Counted from the first letter of the stretch, positions 17,787-27,887 are shown. The stretch is 64,000 bases of DNA from Bacillota bacterium (GCA_033810155.1 JAPXKJ010000002.1:12252-76251); one strand, 5' to 3'. Notes: generated from the sequence alone by a model not told the origin. Translations and numbers: made by a program.

Positions 17787-19280
17787 CTACTCTTTTAGGC
17801 CCCACAAGACTTCTCTATCTATTGGGAAAATTGGCCGACGAATATGTCTGAAAGTAAAACGCGAAAGGTTAGGACTGCTCAAACCTGGTCCATCCACCTC
17901 TATGATTTCTGCAGCAATAGGCTCATATGACGCTCTATAGTGTACAGCCGACTTTATGACCACGATTTTCCGGTAGGAAGGATCAATCCCCACCGATCGA
18001 GGCACTTCTACGTCTACAGGCTGAACCCGCCTTTCGTTAACAATGATTTCTACGCCCCCGCTTTGGATAACTGCAGTTTTCCCGATACACGACATAAGGC
18101 CAGTAGACATGGGCCCTCTATGTACAAACCAACCGTCGGAAAGGAGCCTTACAACCCCCTGGACCCTAACAGGTAAACCGTGTTTGTCGTCGAATTTGCC
18201 GCCTATCGGGAAATCGAATTTGCCTCCTACCCCTACGCGAAAACCCTCTTCTACCCCTTCTTTATCAGGGATAGTTATAACTACTGCATCTTGAGCGTTT
18301 TGCTCAATCAAACATCTGAGTATTTCTGTTCCATCCCCTGATGCGCCGCCGCCTACGTTATCAGCTACATCGGCTAGCACGACTGGGCCTCGCTTCGCTT
18401 CAATGGCATATTTCACCGCCTGAGACGGGCTAAGCATCTCTGTCTTAATCTCATCCCTCATATCCCATGCCATCTGGGCAAGGCTTTGTGCAATTTCCCT
18501 TGCCTTTTCCTCATCCCCGTCAGTAGTAGCCAAAAAAGAAAGGCCCGCTTCCTCTATATCCGAGTATACAAAACCTCCATATACGCTTACATTTATAACT
18601 CCGGGTTCTTTTTCGTATTCAAAAGCCTGCTCCATAAGGGCCTTACATGGTCCAAATCCTGTATGGAAAGGAACCACGCCTGGAGCCATGGGAGGTCTTA
18701 CTACATAACTTACAGGGTTAATCTCCTTATCAAGCAACCTGAGGGAAAACTCAAAAGCCTCAACAGCCCTTTCCCAACCATCAATGTGAGGATAGGTGTT
18801 GTAACCAAACAGTCCGTCAGAGTACTTAACCATGGCATCTGTCACATTGGCGTGAAAATCCAAAGTAGACACAACCAGAACCTTCTCGCCGACTACCTCC
18901 CTCACGCTTCTTAGAATATCCCCTTCTGCATCTGGAGTTCCATCTACTACCATGGCCCCGTGAAGCGCCAAAAGTACCCCATCGACCTTCCCTGCTTTTT
19001 TGATACCGTCGATAAGCTGGGTCTTTAGGGTTTCATATGCTTCTTTAGTGACAATTCCCGACGGAGATGCCGAGGCAGCTATGGTATGGACGACTTCATT
19101 GCCGGTTTTCTTCGCAAAATCGATGAACCCTCCAATGGGTGTGCGGGTTCCTTGGAGTTTCTCTATTACCTCTTCAACCAGGTAATAGCCACCTTCCGTG
19201 AAACACGATAGATCTGTCTTTATGGGGCTAAAGGAATTTGTCTCGTGACTAATTTGACCCACTGCAAAACGGCGTGCCAT
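17787..19280 (-). CDS. M81-family metallopeptidase (MlrC-like), second copy.
   Basis: N-terminus FAVGQISHETNSFSP. 497 aa. Confidence 0.6.
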   Translation of the reverse strand: MARRFAVGQISHETNSFSPIKTDLSCFTEGGYYLVEEVIEKLQGTRTPIGGFIDFAKKTGNEVVHTIAASASPSGIVTKEAYETLKTQLIDGIKKAGKVDGVLLALHGAMVVDGTPDAEGDILRSVREVVGEKVLVVSTLDFHANVTDAMVKYSDGLFGYNTYPHIDGWERAVEAFEFSLRLLDKEINPVSYVVRPPMAPGVVPFHTGFGPCKALMEQAFEYEKEPGVINVSVYGGFVYSDIEEAGLSFLATTDGDEEKAREIAQSLAQMAWDMRDEIKTEMLSPSQAVKYAIEAKRGPVVLADVADNVGGGASGDGTEILRCLIEQNAQDAVVITIPDKEGVEEGFRVGVGGKFDFPIGGKFDDKHGLPVRVQGVVRLLSDGWFVHRGPMSTGLMSCIGKTAVIQSGGVEIIVNERRVQPVDVEVPRSVGIDPSYRKIVVIKSAVHYRASYEPIAAEIIEVDGPGLSSPNLSRFTFRHIRRPIFPIDREVLWGLKE

Positions 19281-20952
19281 CCTGATACATCTCCCTTTCT
19301 ACATGGAATCTTACGTTAAACGCCCTATTGCCTGTATTCTTAAAACCCAAAATATTGCCTTTTTCATCCCGTAGAAAGTCTAGTCTGCTCAAAGGCCCTG
19401 TTTTTCCATGGAATTGGTCTTTGCCTGAAGGTATAAGGGTCGCATCTTCGTGACGTCTGTGACCTGCAATCAGGTGACCCTGAGATACAAAAAGGGTGTA
19501 TGCGGTGCCAAGTTCTTCGCTAAAGTAAGTCCCAACATATTCGCGGAGATCTTCTTCTTTAAGGTCGACGACTTCTACTTTCAAACCGCCTAGTTCTTCA
19601 CCATAGGTGTTTATGAGGATCTGGTAAGGGCTGGGCATAAGCTCATCTTCCTTGGCCTCTTGGCTTATGAAGGTAATCAAGATTTCTCTATCTTCTGTGG
19701 CAAAAACGTCGGTCTCGAAAAACTCGCCTTGAGGAAGCGTTTCTCCCCTTTCTATTTGCCCTGTGTTAACCAAAAGGCGCGCCTCGTCCCACCCTTCCAT
19801 AGTTATTGTGAGTCCTTTATCGGTAAGCCTAATCTCTACTAACTTACCCAAGGCTTTCACAAGATAAGTGCCAGGACAAGACAGATATTTTATCTTTTTA
19901 GGCTGCGGCTTTGGGCGCTTTATGTGCGCATTTGGTTCTTCGTCTATGAAAAGGTCTGCGATCTTCATAGCCATAGGCTCCCTAGGGAAACTACTGACGT
20001 TGGAAAGTATGACTACGCCTAAGTCTATTTCGGGAAAACCTCCAACGTAAGCTCTAAAACCAGCATCTGAACCTGTGTGATAGATGAGTTTTAACTTGCG
20101 GTACTCTTTGGATATTATCCCAAAACCATAGTCTATCTTTTTTCCGCCTGTGAGGGTGTAACCTTCTTTCATCTGAGAGATCACTTCGGGTCCACCTACT
20201 TTGGGGTGGGTATAGTTGGTCAACCATTTGGCTAAGTCCTCTACAGTTGTAAATAGACTGGTAGCGCCAAAATTTGCGTAGTTTAGCACACTTTTTCTGT
20301 ACTTACCGCCTGGCTTTGGCGAATAGGACTCTGCTTTGTTTTTCACTATGAGTTGATGATCGTGGTGAATGTGGGAGTTATTCATGCCTAGGGGTTCAAA
20401 AATCGTTTTTTGCATGTAATCGGGAAAAGACATTCCAGATACGCGCTGGACTATAACCGCGAGTAGAGTATACCCAGAATTGGAATAGAGGAATCTAAAA
20501 CCAGGTTCGAAGTTTAATTCTTTTTGATGGGTGATGATCTTCATTAGGTGACCCATTGTTATAACATCATCCATCCTCCAGCCTGCCATCGTAAGGAGCT
20601 CCCACTGGTCTCTCAATCCACTCACGTGATGTAGTAGATGGCGTATGGTTATGGGATGTCCAAATTCTGGCATCTCGGGTATGTACTTTTTTACCTCGTC
20701 ATCTAAAGAAATTCGTCCTTCTTTAGCAAGTATGGCTACAGCCATGGCAGTGAACTGTTTGGATACTGAAGCCACGTGAAATACAGTATCAGGCGTTATA
20801 GGTACATCATATTCGAGGTTTGAGTAACCGTATCCCTTGCTGTGTACTATCTTTCCGTCTTTCATAACCACAGCGGCTGCGCCCGGCAAGCCAGGTCTAT
20901 CCCATTTAGCAAATAATGAATCGATACTATCTTTCATTTCTTGGGTTTTCAC
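19249..20952 (-). CDS. Serine hydrolase of the beta-lactamase/transpeptidase fold (class-C-like esterase or D-aminopeptidase family).
   Basis: SxxK motif SVSKQF plus the YSN element. 567 aa. Confidence 0.6.
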   Translation of the reverse strand: MKTQEMKDSIDSLFAKWDRPGLPGAAAVVMKDGKIVHSKGYGYSNLEYDVPITPDTVFHVASVSKQFTAMAVAILAKEGRISLDDEVKKYIPEMPEFGHPITIRHLLHHVSGLRDQWELLTMAGWRMDDVITMGHLMKIITHQKELNFEPGFRFLYSNSGYTLLAVIVQRVSGMSFPDYMQKTIFEPLGMNNSHIHHDHQLIVKNKAESYSPKPGGKYRKSVLNYANFGATSLFTTVEDLAKWLTNYTHPKVGGPEVISQMKEGYTLTGGKKIDYGFGIISKEYRKLKLIYHTGSDAGFRAYVGGFPEIDLGVVILSNVSSFPREPMAMKIADLFIDEEPNAHIKRPKPQPKKIKYLSCPGTYLVKALGKLVEIRLTDKGLTITMEGWDEARLLVNTGQIERGETLPQGEFFETDVFATEDREILITFISQEAKEDELMPSPYQILINTYGEELGGLKVEVVDLKEEDLREYVGTYFSEELGTAYTLFVSQGHLIAGHRRHEDATLIPSGKDQFHGKTGPLSRLDFLRDEKGNILGFKNTGNRAFNVRFHVEREMYQDGTPFCSGSN

Positions 20953-20989
20953 GAGAATACACCTCTTTTTTGCTTTGACTGCCTAAAAC

Positions 20990-22039
20990 CTATTTAAACG
21001 ACGGAGGAGACGATCTGAAGTTGCGTTCTGTGTTGAGGTCAATTACGTTTTGGGCGAACAAGGAACCTAACCCACCTGTGTGGATGTAACAAGCGCCTTC
21101 ATGAGAAGGTATGATCCCGCGAGATATAAGGTCTAAGAATCCCCCAACGGTTTTGGATGTATATACGTCTTCAAGGAGAATGCCTTCTTTGCGAGGCAGT
21201 TTGTACAAGGTTTCTCTGGAAACAGGGGTAGGAATGGCATAGCCTTCTCCTAGGTATTCTTCGTACGTTGTGAAACGGGTTTCTAGGGGAGGAAAGAGAT
21301 CTTTGCCTCCGAGGTTTTCGGAGATTAACTGGTAAGCTTCTCCGGTAAGGTTGATGATGATTTCGTTTAGTACGCTCTTTGGATATTCTACGCTTATAAC
21401 ATGGACGTGAAATGGATTGCCCAAAAGAGCGTTCCCCAGGATAAAGCCGCTAGCGGTGCCTCCCATGGCTCCTACCATGCCTATGTGCTTAATGGTCAGG
21501 TTTTGTTTTTGGCACTGTTCGAAAAGCTCAAAAGCAGCACTGGCATATCCAAGGCTGCCTAGCGGCGTTGATGCGCCGTTATGTATAATATATGGATTTC
21601 TGCCTTGGCCCTTTAGTTCTTGGGCAATTTGCTCCATTTGGAGGGTCCTTGTGTTTTCGTCAGTTTTGCCTATGAAAACTGAACGTGCCCCAAAAAGGTG
21701 ATTAAGCAGCATGTTCCCTTGGAGCAGAGCTGGCTCTTCATCGTTATGGACTAAGATGCAATCTACGCCGATCTTGCAGCACGCGGCGGCTGTTAGGGCG
21801 CATAGGTTGGATTGAAGTCCTCCTGCGGTGATTATGACATCGGCTCCTTTATCTAGAGCGTCGCCTAAGAGGAATTCAAGACTACGAGTTTTGTTGCCTC
21901 CGAGACCTAATCCGGATAAATCGTCTCGTTTGATGTAAAGATTAGGGTGGCCGATGTCTTCACCTAGTCTATCTAGTTTGTGTATGGGTGTAGGCCACAG
22001 GCCTAATTGAGCCCTAGGTAATCCTGGAAAGTGGTGCAT
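20990..22039 (-). CDS. PLP-dependent ACC deaminase / D-cysteine desulfhydrase family protein.
   Basis: Lysine motif GGNKTR followed by glycine-rich loops. 349 aa. Confidence 0.6.
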   Translation of the reverse strand: MHHFPGLPRAQLGLWPTPIHKLDRLGEDIGHPNLYIKRDDLSGLGLGGNKTRSLEFLLGDALDKGADVIITAGGLQSNLCALTAAACCKIGVDCILVHNDEEPALLQGNMLLNHLFGARSVFIGKTDENTRTLQMEQIAQELKGQGRNPYIIHNGASTPLGSLGYASAAFELFEQCQKQNLTIKHIGMVGAMGGTASGFILGNALLGNPFHVHVISVEYPKSVLNEIIINLTGEAYQLISENLGGKDLFPPLETRFTTYEEYLGEGYAIPTPVSRETLYKLPRKEGILLEDVYTSKTVGGFLDLISRGIIPSHEGACYIHTGGLGSLFAQNVIDLNTERNFRSSPPSFK

Positions 22040-22421
22040 TTTGAAAGCTCCAATCTTTGGTATCAGTTTGAGAAAGGTCCCATCTGGACATATTCCATGG
22101 TGCCGTGTTTGATTTCAACGGCTTCGGCTTCATTGTATCAGTTCAACGGTAATTTTGGTGCATGGATTTACATGACCAACCGAATCTGAAGCGGCATGGA
22201 CCCCTGCCTTCCAAGTGATCAGTGCATAATTAGGCGGCGCATACCTCGGCCAACATAGAAACACTAGGAAAACGCAGGTCCAAATGGACCCGGCTTGGCG
22301 GCACAGTTTGGGCAACGAAAGGGAAGCGTTGGTAGGAGGTAGAAGAAATTGTGCAGGAGGTTCGTTTCTTGTGCGTAGACTAAAACGGGTGGCAGCGATC
22401 GATAGAGGCATCGAAGCCCGT

Positions 22422-22516
22422 GTTTCCATCCCTTATAGGTAGGCTAAAAGGATATAGGCAAGTGCAGAGGAGACTTTGTGAGAAAAGTTTCCATCCCTTC
22501 ATAGGTAGTCTAAAAC
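22422..22516 (+). repeat. CRISPR-like degenerate repeat pair: two 29/30-nt direct repeats (GTTTCCATCCCTT(C)ATAGGTAG(G/T)CTAAAA(G/C)) separated by a 36-nt spacer.
   Basis: Repeat 1 at 22422-22450 and repeat 2 at 22487-22516. The GTTTC...AAAAC format resembles CRISPR repeats. No cas genes are present in the window. Confidence 0.3.
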
Positions 22517-22599
22517 TTTTTCGAGCTATATACATATAAGCGCCCGATCACTAAGCCAATACTCTTTTGCCTACCACCGATCCTAATACCTCTTTTGTT

Positions 22600-22628
22600 G
22601 AAGCAAAAAGTACCGTCCCCCTTGCTTC
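22600..22628. repeat. Copy of the GAAGCA hairpin motif (GAAGCAAAAAGTACCGTCCCCCTTGCTTC) overlapping the stop codon of the M42 peptidase gene.
   Basis: Same motif as at 6617, 12502, 38661 and 62296. Confidence 0.7.
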
Positions 22629-23712
22629 AGCTGTTGAGCAACATCTCGATGAGGATATCGCACATAGCTAGGATGTCGTCTCCGTTGATCATCTCGAAGG
22701 GTCCATGAGTGTATCTCGTCGGGAAGGTGAAAAGAGCGGTGGGTATTCCCATGCGGATGAGGGAGTCTCCGTCGGAGCCGAATCCGTGGAATACCGCGTG
22801 CTGGACTGGTTTTCCGATCCGCTTCGCCGCTTCTTCTAGTTTCTCAGCTACAGACTCGCTGTAATGAATGCGTGCGTCTTTGTGAGCTATTATGGGGCCT
22901 TTGCCAAGTTTTGTGGGCATGTACTTAAAATCGACTGTAGGTATGTCGCCCACAAGCCCAATTTCCAAAGCGATGGCCAAATCGAACTCTCCTTCGAAGA
23001 CAACGTTCATCGAACCTCCAAGCCCTACCTCCTCTTCTATAGTAGCAGCATAGTAAAGCTCGTATCCATAGTCCTTACCCTGAAGCTTTTGAGCCAGGAT
23101 GGTCATAATAGCCAAACCGACCCTATCATCCATCGCTTTTCCAATAACGTTATGCCCTAAGCGGACTGTCTCCGAACCAAATATCACTGGACTACCAGGC
23201 CGGACGCCTAAAGCTTCAACTTCTTCTTTGCTCCACAACCCAAGGTCAAGGAAGAAATCATCCCAGCCTACTTCTCCTTTGGCTCGCTGTGCTGCGGTTT
23301 TAACATGGCCGCTGGCAATGCCTACGAGGCCGGGATAATACTTATCCTTCCCCTTAACCAGGACAGGCTGGTTGAGATAGGTGTCGTTGGGCTTAACGCT
23401 GGTCTCGCTGCCCCCAGTTCCGTGAGTCAATCTGCAGAATCCATTTTCGTCAACGCTGCTTACCAAGAAATTTATCTGGTCCATGTGAGCTGTTATGAGA
23501 AGTCTTGGGCCTTTCCCGCCCACTTTTGCCATAACATTACCTATTTTGTTCTGCCAGACCTCCTGACACACAGGACTCCAATCCTCGATCAAGCGTTTAG
23601 CAACCAACTCTTCATGACCAACAGGTCCAGGGATTTCAGTGTATTCTTTTATTAGATCAAATAGCATGTATCTTCCTCCCAATCTGCCTGAAATTGATTT
23701 GCCTCTATACAT
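22627..23712 (-). CDS. M42-family aminopeptidase (FrvX/CelM-like).
   Basis: 361 aa. N-terminal LIKEYTEIPGPVGHE is typical of M42 peptidases. Confidence 0.65.
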   Translation of the reverse strand: MYRGKSISGRLGGRYMLFDLIKEYTEIPGPVGHEELVAKRLIEDWSPVCQEVWQNKIGNVMAKVGGKGPRLLITAHMDQINFLVSSVDENGFCRLTHGTGGSETSVKPNDTYLNQPVLVKGKDKYYPGLVGIASGHVKTAAQRAKGEVGWDDFFLDLGLWSKEEVEALGVRPGSPVIFGSETVRLGHNVIGKAMDDRVGLAIMTILAQKLQGKDYGYELYYAATIEEEVGLGGSMNVVFEGEFDLAIALEIGLVGDIPTVDFKYMPTKLGKGPIIAHKDARIHYSESVAEKLEEAAKRIGKPVQHAVFHGFGSDGDSLIRMGIPTALFTFPTRYTHGPFEMINGDDILAMCDILIEMLLNS

Positions 23713-23718
23713 GGAATC

Positions 23719-24225
23719 CTAGTTAATCAGATCAAAATACATGTCTATGTAATTCCCTTCCCCTACCGGAAACACCTCTATAGATCCGCCTAATGGGCTA
23801 ACCAAGCAATAGTATTTGGTTCCATTTCTTTCTCCTATATAGAGATATGCTGAATCGATTAGGTCAGTGCGCCTTAGCGTAAAAGACAGCAGGCTCTTTT
23901 CTTCTAGCTCCGATATGTTTGTGTAACCATTTGAAGACAAAAGATCTTTGCCTTCTTCATAGGTAAGAGCGGGTCGGAAGATCAAGAATACACCGATCGC
24001 TCCAACCACAAGTACCACAGTGAACCACCGGATGCGAGGCTCTTCGGTGTCAACTTCTTTCTTCCAGTTTATAATCGTAATTACAGCCCAGCAGACAAGC
24101 AAGGAAACTGGAAACGTCAGTCTGTAAACATCAGCATACACGTAGTGAGAAACAGCAGCCATCCCAAGAGGGATTAGTAGGCATATAAGAATCTCAATAA
24201 TTAGTATGTTGCGCTGCTTCGTCAT
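23719..24225 (-). CDS. Hypothetical membrane protein.
   Basis: 168 aa with hydrophobic N-terminal helices. Confidence 0.35.
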   Translation of the reverse strand: MTKQRNILIIEILICLLIPLGMAAVSHYVYADVYRLTFPVSLLVCWAVITIINWKKEVDTEEPRIRWFTVVLVVGAIGVFLIFRPALTYEEGKDLLSSNGYTNISELEEKSLLSFTLRRTDLIDSAYLYIGERNGTKYYCLVSPLGGSIEVFPVGEGNYIDMYFDLIN

Positions 24226-24290
24226 AAGTTAGAACTCCTTTCTAGACTCAAGGCATACCCCTTATGAATGGTAACCCCCTTGGAGCACCG

Positions 24291-24632
24291 TCATTCAGCA
24301 TGGGACTCTTCGGTATCCGGAACCAATCTAACGGCAGTACCACTTGAAAGCACCAGCATCATCCCATTGGCAAGAATCTCGTGATCCAGTTTCACGCCAA
24401 TTACAGCGTTGGCGCCGAGTCTTTCAGCTCTTACGCACATTTCCTTTATACATAATCCGCGAGATTCGACCAGCTTCTCCTCGTAAGCCACAGTCCTGGC
24501 GCCGAAGAAATCCGCCAAGGCAGCAGTCATGTCTCTCACAAAACTAGTCCCCAACGCTATTTCCCCGGCAACTATGCCCAAATAGTCTGTTACTCTATAA
24601 CCGTCTACAGAATGTGTAGTAGTGACGATCAC
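24291..24632 (-). CDS. YbjQ/UPF0145-family small protein.
   Basis: 113 aa. The pattern YRVTDYLGIVAGEIALGTSF...ANAVIGVKLDHEI is typical of this family. Confidence 0.6.
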   Translation of the reverse strand: MIVTTTHSVDGYRVTDYLGIVAGEIALGTSFVRDMTAALADFFGARTVAYEEKLVESRGLCIKEMCVRAERLGANAVIGVKLDHEILANGMMLVLSSGTAVRLVPDTEESHAE

Positions 24633-24896
24633 TTTAGCGCCCTCCGAAAATCAGTTTTAAACCACAATTATTGTAACTTTATCGCAGCTCCTTAGTTTTG
24701 TATAGTATTTTACTACCAGGTAACCATTTCCCTTTCTCAGATATGGAAATGAGTATGGCACCAGTTAGTCACTCTTTAGATTCTAGCTCAAAAAGAGCGG
24801 CAGATTTCGCTCCTGCCGCTCCGGAAAGATTGCCTAGCCCCTTCGTTCGTTAACAAACACGGTATCATCTGAATCGCCATCATTTTTCGATTATCG

Positions 24897-25583
24897 CTAA
24901 TCTTCCTTAATCTGGTGAGATACGAACAAGAAACCATCATCTTGTATCTTGAGAGTAAGTACCGCATTATCACTGTAAAGCCTTACAATGTCACCCTCTT
25001 TTTCGCCGCTTACCGGGATGAAAGTGGCAAATCCAGCGTCGCTAGTAAAGTTGTAAAACGCATCATACTCTTCGAGATACACCAACTCGTCCATTCCTAC
25101 CCCGCTTAAATCGTCAAGCCCAATTCCCATATGCTGTTTCAGGATCTCATCTACCACATCAGCCGGAAACTTGTGGATGGGAACAGGCATCTCTTGTCGA
25201 GTTATATCCTTCCCGAAAGGCCAGTTTTCTGCGTTCTTGAGGGCTTCGAACTCTGCTTCATCACTCACAAATTCCTCGATTGGGTAATATCGTAAAAACT
25301 CAGCCAAATTGATATCCTCTGGTTTCTCGTAGTAAGAACTAAAGAAGTGATTGAGGGGATTTATGGTAACATTCCCCTGTTCGTCGGTGGACGTCAGCTC
25401 AAAGATTTCCTTGTAATACTCCAACTCTTCTGCGGTAAGAGGAACGATCTGGCTTTCATCGTCCTCACCATTTGTAATGGTACAACCTGCTGCGCAAATC
25501 ATAAGTAGCACAAGCGCCATAAGCAGCGGTAGAATCCTTGTGTATTTCTTAGCGACAGACATCACTTGGATCAACTCCTTCAT
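24897..25583 (-). CDS. Hypothetical lipoprotein.
   Basis: Signal peptide with a lipobox-like LLMICAAGC. 228 aa. Confidence 0.4.
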   Translation of the reverse strand: MKELIQVMSVAKKYTRILPLLMALVLLMICAAGCTITNGEDDESQIVPLTAEELEYYKEIFELTSTDEQGNVTINPLNHFFSSYYEKPEDINLAEFLRYYPIEEFVSDEAEFEALKNAENWPFGKDITRQEMPVPIHKFPADVVDEILKQHMGIGLDDLSGVGMDELVYLEEYDAFYNFTSDAGFATFIPVSGEKEGDIVRLYSDNAVLTLKIQDDGFLFVSHQIKED

Positions 25584-25689
25584 AATGGGTACCGAAACAG
25601 CTCATCCTTCTATTTCTAGACGACGAAATTCAGGACAAGTTCCTTACAGACTGCATTGTCCAGTTCGGAGCATGAAACCACAGCATGTG

Positions 25690-26960
25690 TTATGGAAGGT
25701 GGCTCATCAAATAGGCCACTTCCGCAGGAGAATTAGATTTAATCATAGGAAGTGGCTCACACAGTGAGCCACTTTCCACAATTTCTTTCTCCAAAACATC
25801 ATTTCTGGCTCACCCTGTAGGCCGCTTTCCCCAATCCCTTTACGCCATAAAGAAAAAGTGGCTCAGTACGTATGCCACATTCCTTAGATTCTCGCACCTT
25901 CCCATAGAAAAGTGGTCTATCACATGAGCCACTTCTTCTGAAAGTGAGCTCTTAACCCACCCAAAGTGGCTCATCAGGTAGGCCACTCCCGCAGGAGAAT
26001 TAGATTTAATCATAGGAAGTGGCTCACACAGTGAGCCACTTTCCATAATTCCCTTCTCCAAAACATCATTTCTGGCTCACCCTGTAGGCCACTTTGCCCA
26101 ATCCCTTTACGCCATAAAGAAAAAGTGGCTCAGTACGTATGCCACATTCCTTAGATTCTCGCAGTCTCCCATAGAAAAGTGGTCTATCACATGAGCCACT
26201 TCTTTTAAATGTGAGCTCTTAACCCACCTAAAGTGGCTCATCAGGTAGGCCACTCTCGCACCACGATCAGTTTTAATCATAGGAAGTGGCTCACACAGTG
26301 AGCCACTTCCCATAATTTCTTTCTCCAAAATATGATTTCTGGCTCACCCCATAGGCCACTTTCCCCAATCCCTTTACGCCATAAAGAAAAAGTGGTCCAG
26401 TACGTATGCCACATTCCTTAGATTCTCGCACTCTCCCATAGAAAAGTGGTCTATTACATGAGCCACTTCTTCTGAAAGTGAGCTCTTAACCCACCTAAAG
26501 TGGCTCATCAGGTAGGCCACTCCCGCAGGAGAATTAGATTTAATCATAGGAAGTGGCTCACACAGTGAGCCACTTTTCATAATTTCCTTCTCCAAAATAT
26601 CATTTCTGGCTCACCTCATAGGCCACTTTCCCCAATTCCTTTGTGCCATAATGAAAAAGTGGCTTAGTAGGTGTGCCACATTCCTTAGATTCTCGCACTC
26701 TCCCATAGAAAAGTGGTCTATTACATGAGCCACTTCTTCTGAAAGTGAGCTCTTAACCCACCCAAAGTGGCTCATCAGGTAGGCCACTCCCGCGCCAGGA
26801 TCAGATTTAATCATAGGAAGTGGCTCACTGTGTGAGCCACTTTCCACAATTTCTTTCTCCAAAACATCATTTCTGGCTCACCTCATAGGCCACTTTCCCC
26901 AATCTCTTTGCGCCATAAAGAAAAAATGCCTCACCCCACAGGCCACTTTCCACTACATCC
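25690..26960. repeat. Higher-order tandem array of a 267-bp unit, about 4.75 copies. Each unit carries five REP-like palindromes (AAGTGGCTCA...TGAGCCACTT family), for about 24 palindromes in total.
   Basis: Marker CCATAAAGAAAAAGTGGCTCAGTACGTATGCCACATTCC recurs at about 25845, 26112, 26379 and 26646. Variation between units is concentrated in the palindrome centres. Confidence 0.85.
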
Positions 26961-27035
26961 AACACATCAACAGTGACACTTTCTCAATTCTTCCGTATCC
27001 TAACATTAGAACCATAGAACCATCCCTTATTTTGC

Positions 27036-27887
27036 ATGAGACTGGAGGCACAGAAGTTGAACAAACGAAGTTATCCTTGCATAATCCTAGTAACCATCGC
27101 AATCTTTTTGGCTTTGGGTGCAGCAACCATGGCTCTTAACAAAGTGTTCGAAGATAGACTGTCCCAGGGTTATATGATGGAATACATGTTTTTCACCGGC
27201 TTAGTGCAGGTAGCCCTTTCTGCAATAGTCATTCAAATTATGAAGAAAAACCAGGTGTTTTACGCAGATGAATTCACATCTCGCGGCTTGCTAGAAGGCA
27301 TAAAACTTGGATGGCTGGCTTATATCTTCTCAGCAGCTCTTTTTACCCTAAACTATTTTGGCCAAGACAAAAGTCTCTTTACTAGACCTAGCTTTCTTTC
27401 CATCCTCATAGTGCTTTTTTCCGCTTTGGCAACAGGGTTCTTCGAAGAGGTCTTGGTGAGGGGATTTGTGCTAAATTCCATTAACGAAAAACTACAAGGC
27501 GTACCTGGGAGAACTAAGAAGGCCATGCTGATTTCTTCTGCGATATTTGCCTTGGCCCACTTATTTAATCTTTTTATGAACCCAGACTTTTTCTTTGTCA
27601 TAGCCAACGTGATTCAGGCTTTTATGATGGGGCTTTACCTCTCTGCGATTTATGTAAGGAGTAGTAATTTGATAGCTCCTTCGATCATCCATGGGATAGT
27701 AGACTTTGCAACTTTCATCCTCTACGCTATCTTGTCGCCAGAAGCTTTATCAAGCATGATGAATGCACCTCAACCAGAGCCTACAGGTTCTCTTTGGGTA
27801 ACCTTTTTCGTGCAAATGGCGATAACTGTCCCGTTTCTTATATCAGGTCTTTTAATGATGAAGAAGGTAGATGATAAAACATCTTAA
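27036..27887 (+). CDS. CPBP-family (CAAX-type) intramembrane metalloprotease.
   Basis: EExxxR motif (FFEEVLVRGF) and FxxxH motif (FALAHL), with multiple transmembrane helices. Confidence 0.6.
   Translation: MRLEAQKLNKRSYPCIILVTIAIFLALGAATMALNKVFEDRLSQGYMMEYMFFTGLVQVALSAIVIQIMKKNQVFYADEFTSRGLLEGIKLGWLAYIFSAALFTLNYFGQDKSLFTRPSFLSILIVLFSALATGFFEEVLVRGFVLNSINEKLQGVPGRTKKAMLISSAIFALAHLFNLFMNPDFFFVIANVIQAFMMGLYLSAIYVRSSNLIAPSIIHGIVDFATFILYAILSPEALSSMMNAPQPEPTGSLWVTFFVQMAITVPFLISGLLMMKKVDDKTS

Noticed and set aside
25840-26862. Four in-frame 73-83-codon ORFs (minus strand) repeated every 267 bp, all beginning MEKEIM...
   Set aside because: They are produced by the 267-bp (3 x 89) tandem repeat itself. 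Differences between copies fall in palindrome centres and include many non-synonymous changes. There is no ribosome-binding site. The repeated MSHF peptide blocks are simply the translation of TGAGCCACTT. I treat them as non-coding.
25690-26960. Possibility that the palindrome arrays are CRISPR arrays
   Set aside because: The elements are palindromes with variable centres, not identical direct repeats. The linkers between them are themselves repeated from unit to unit, so there are no unique spacers. There are no cas genes.
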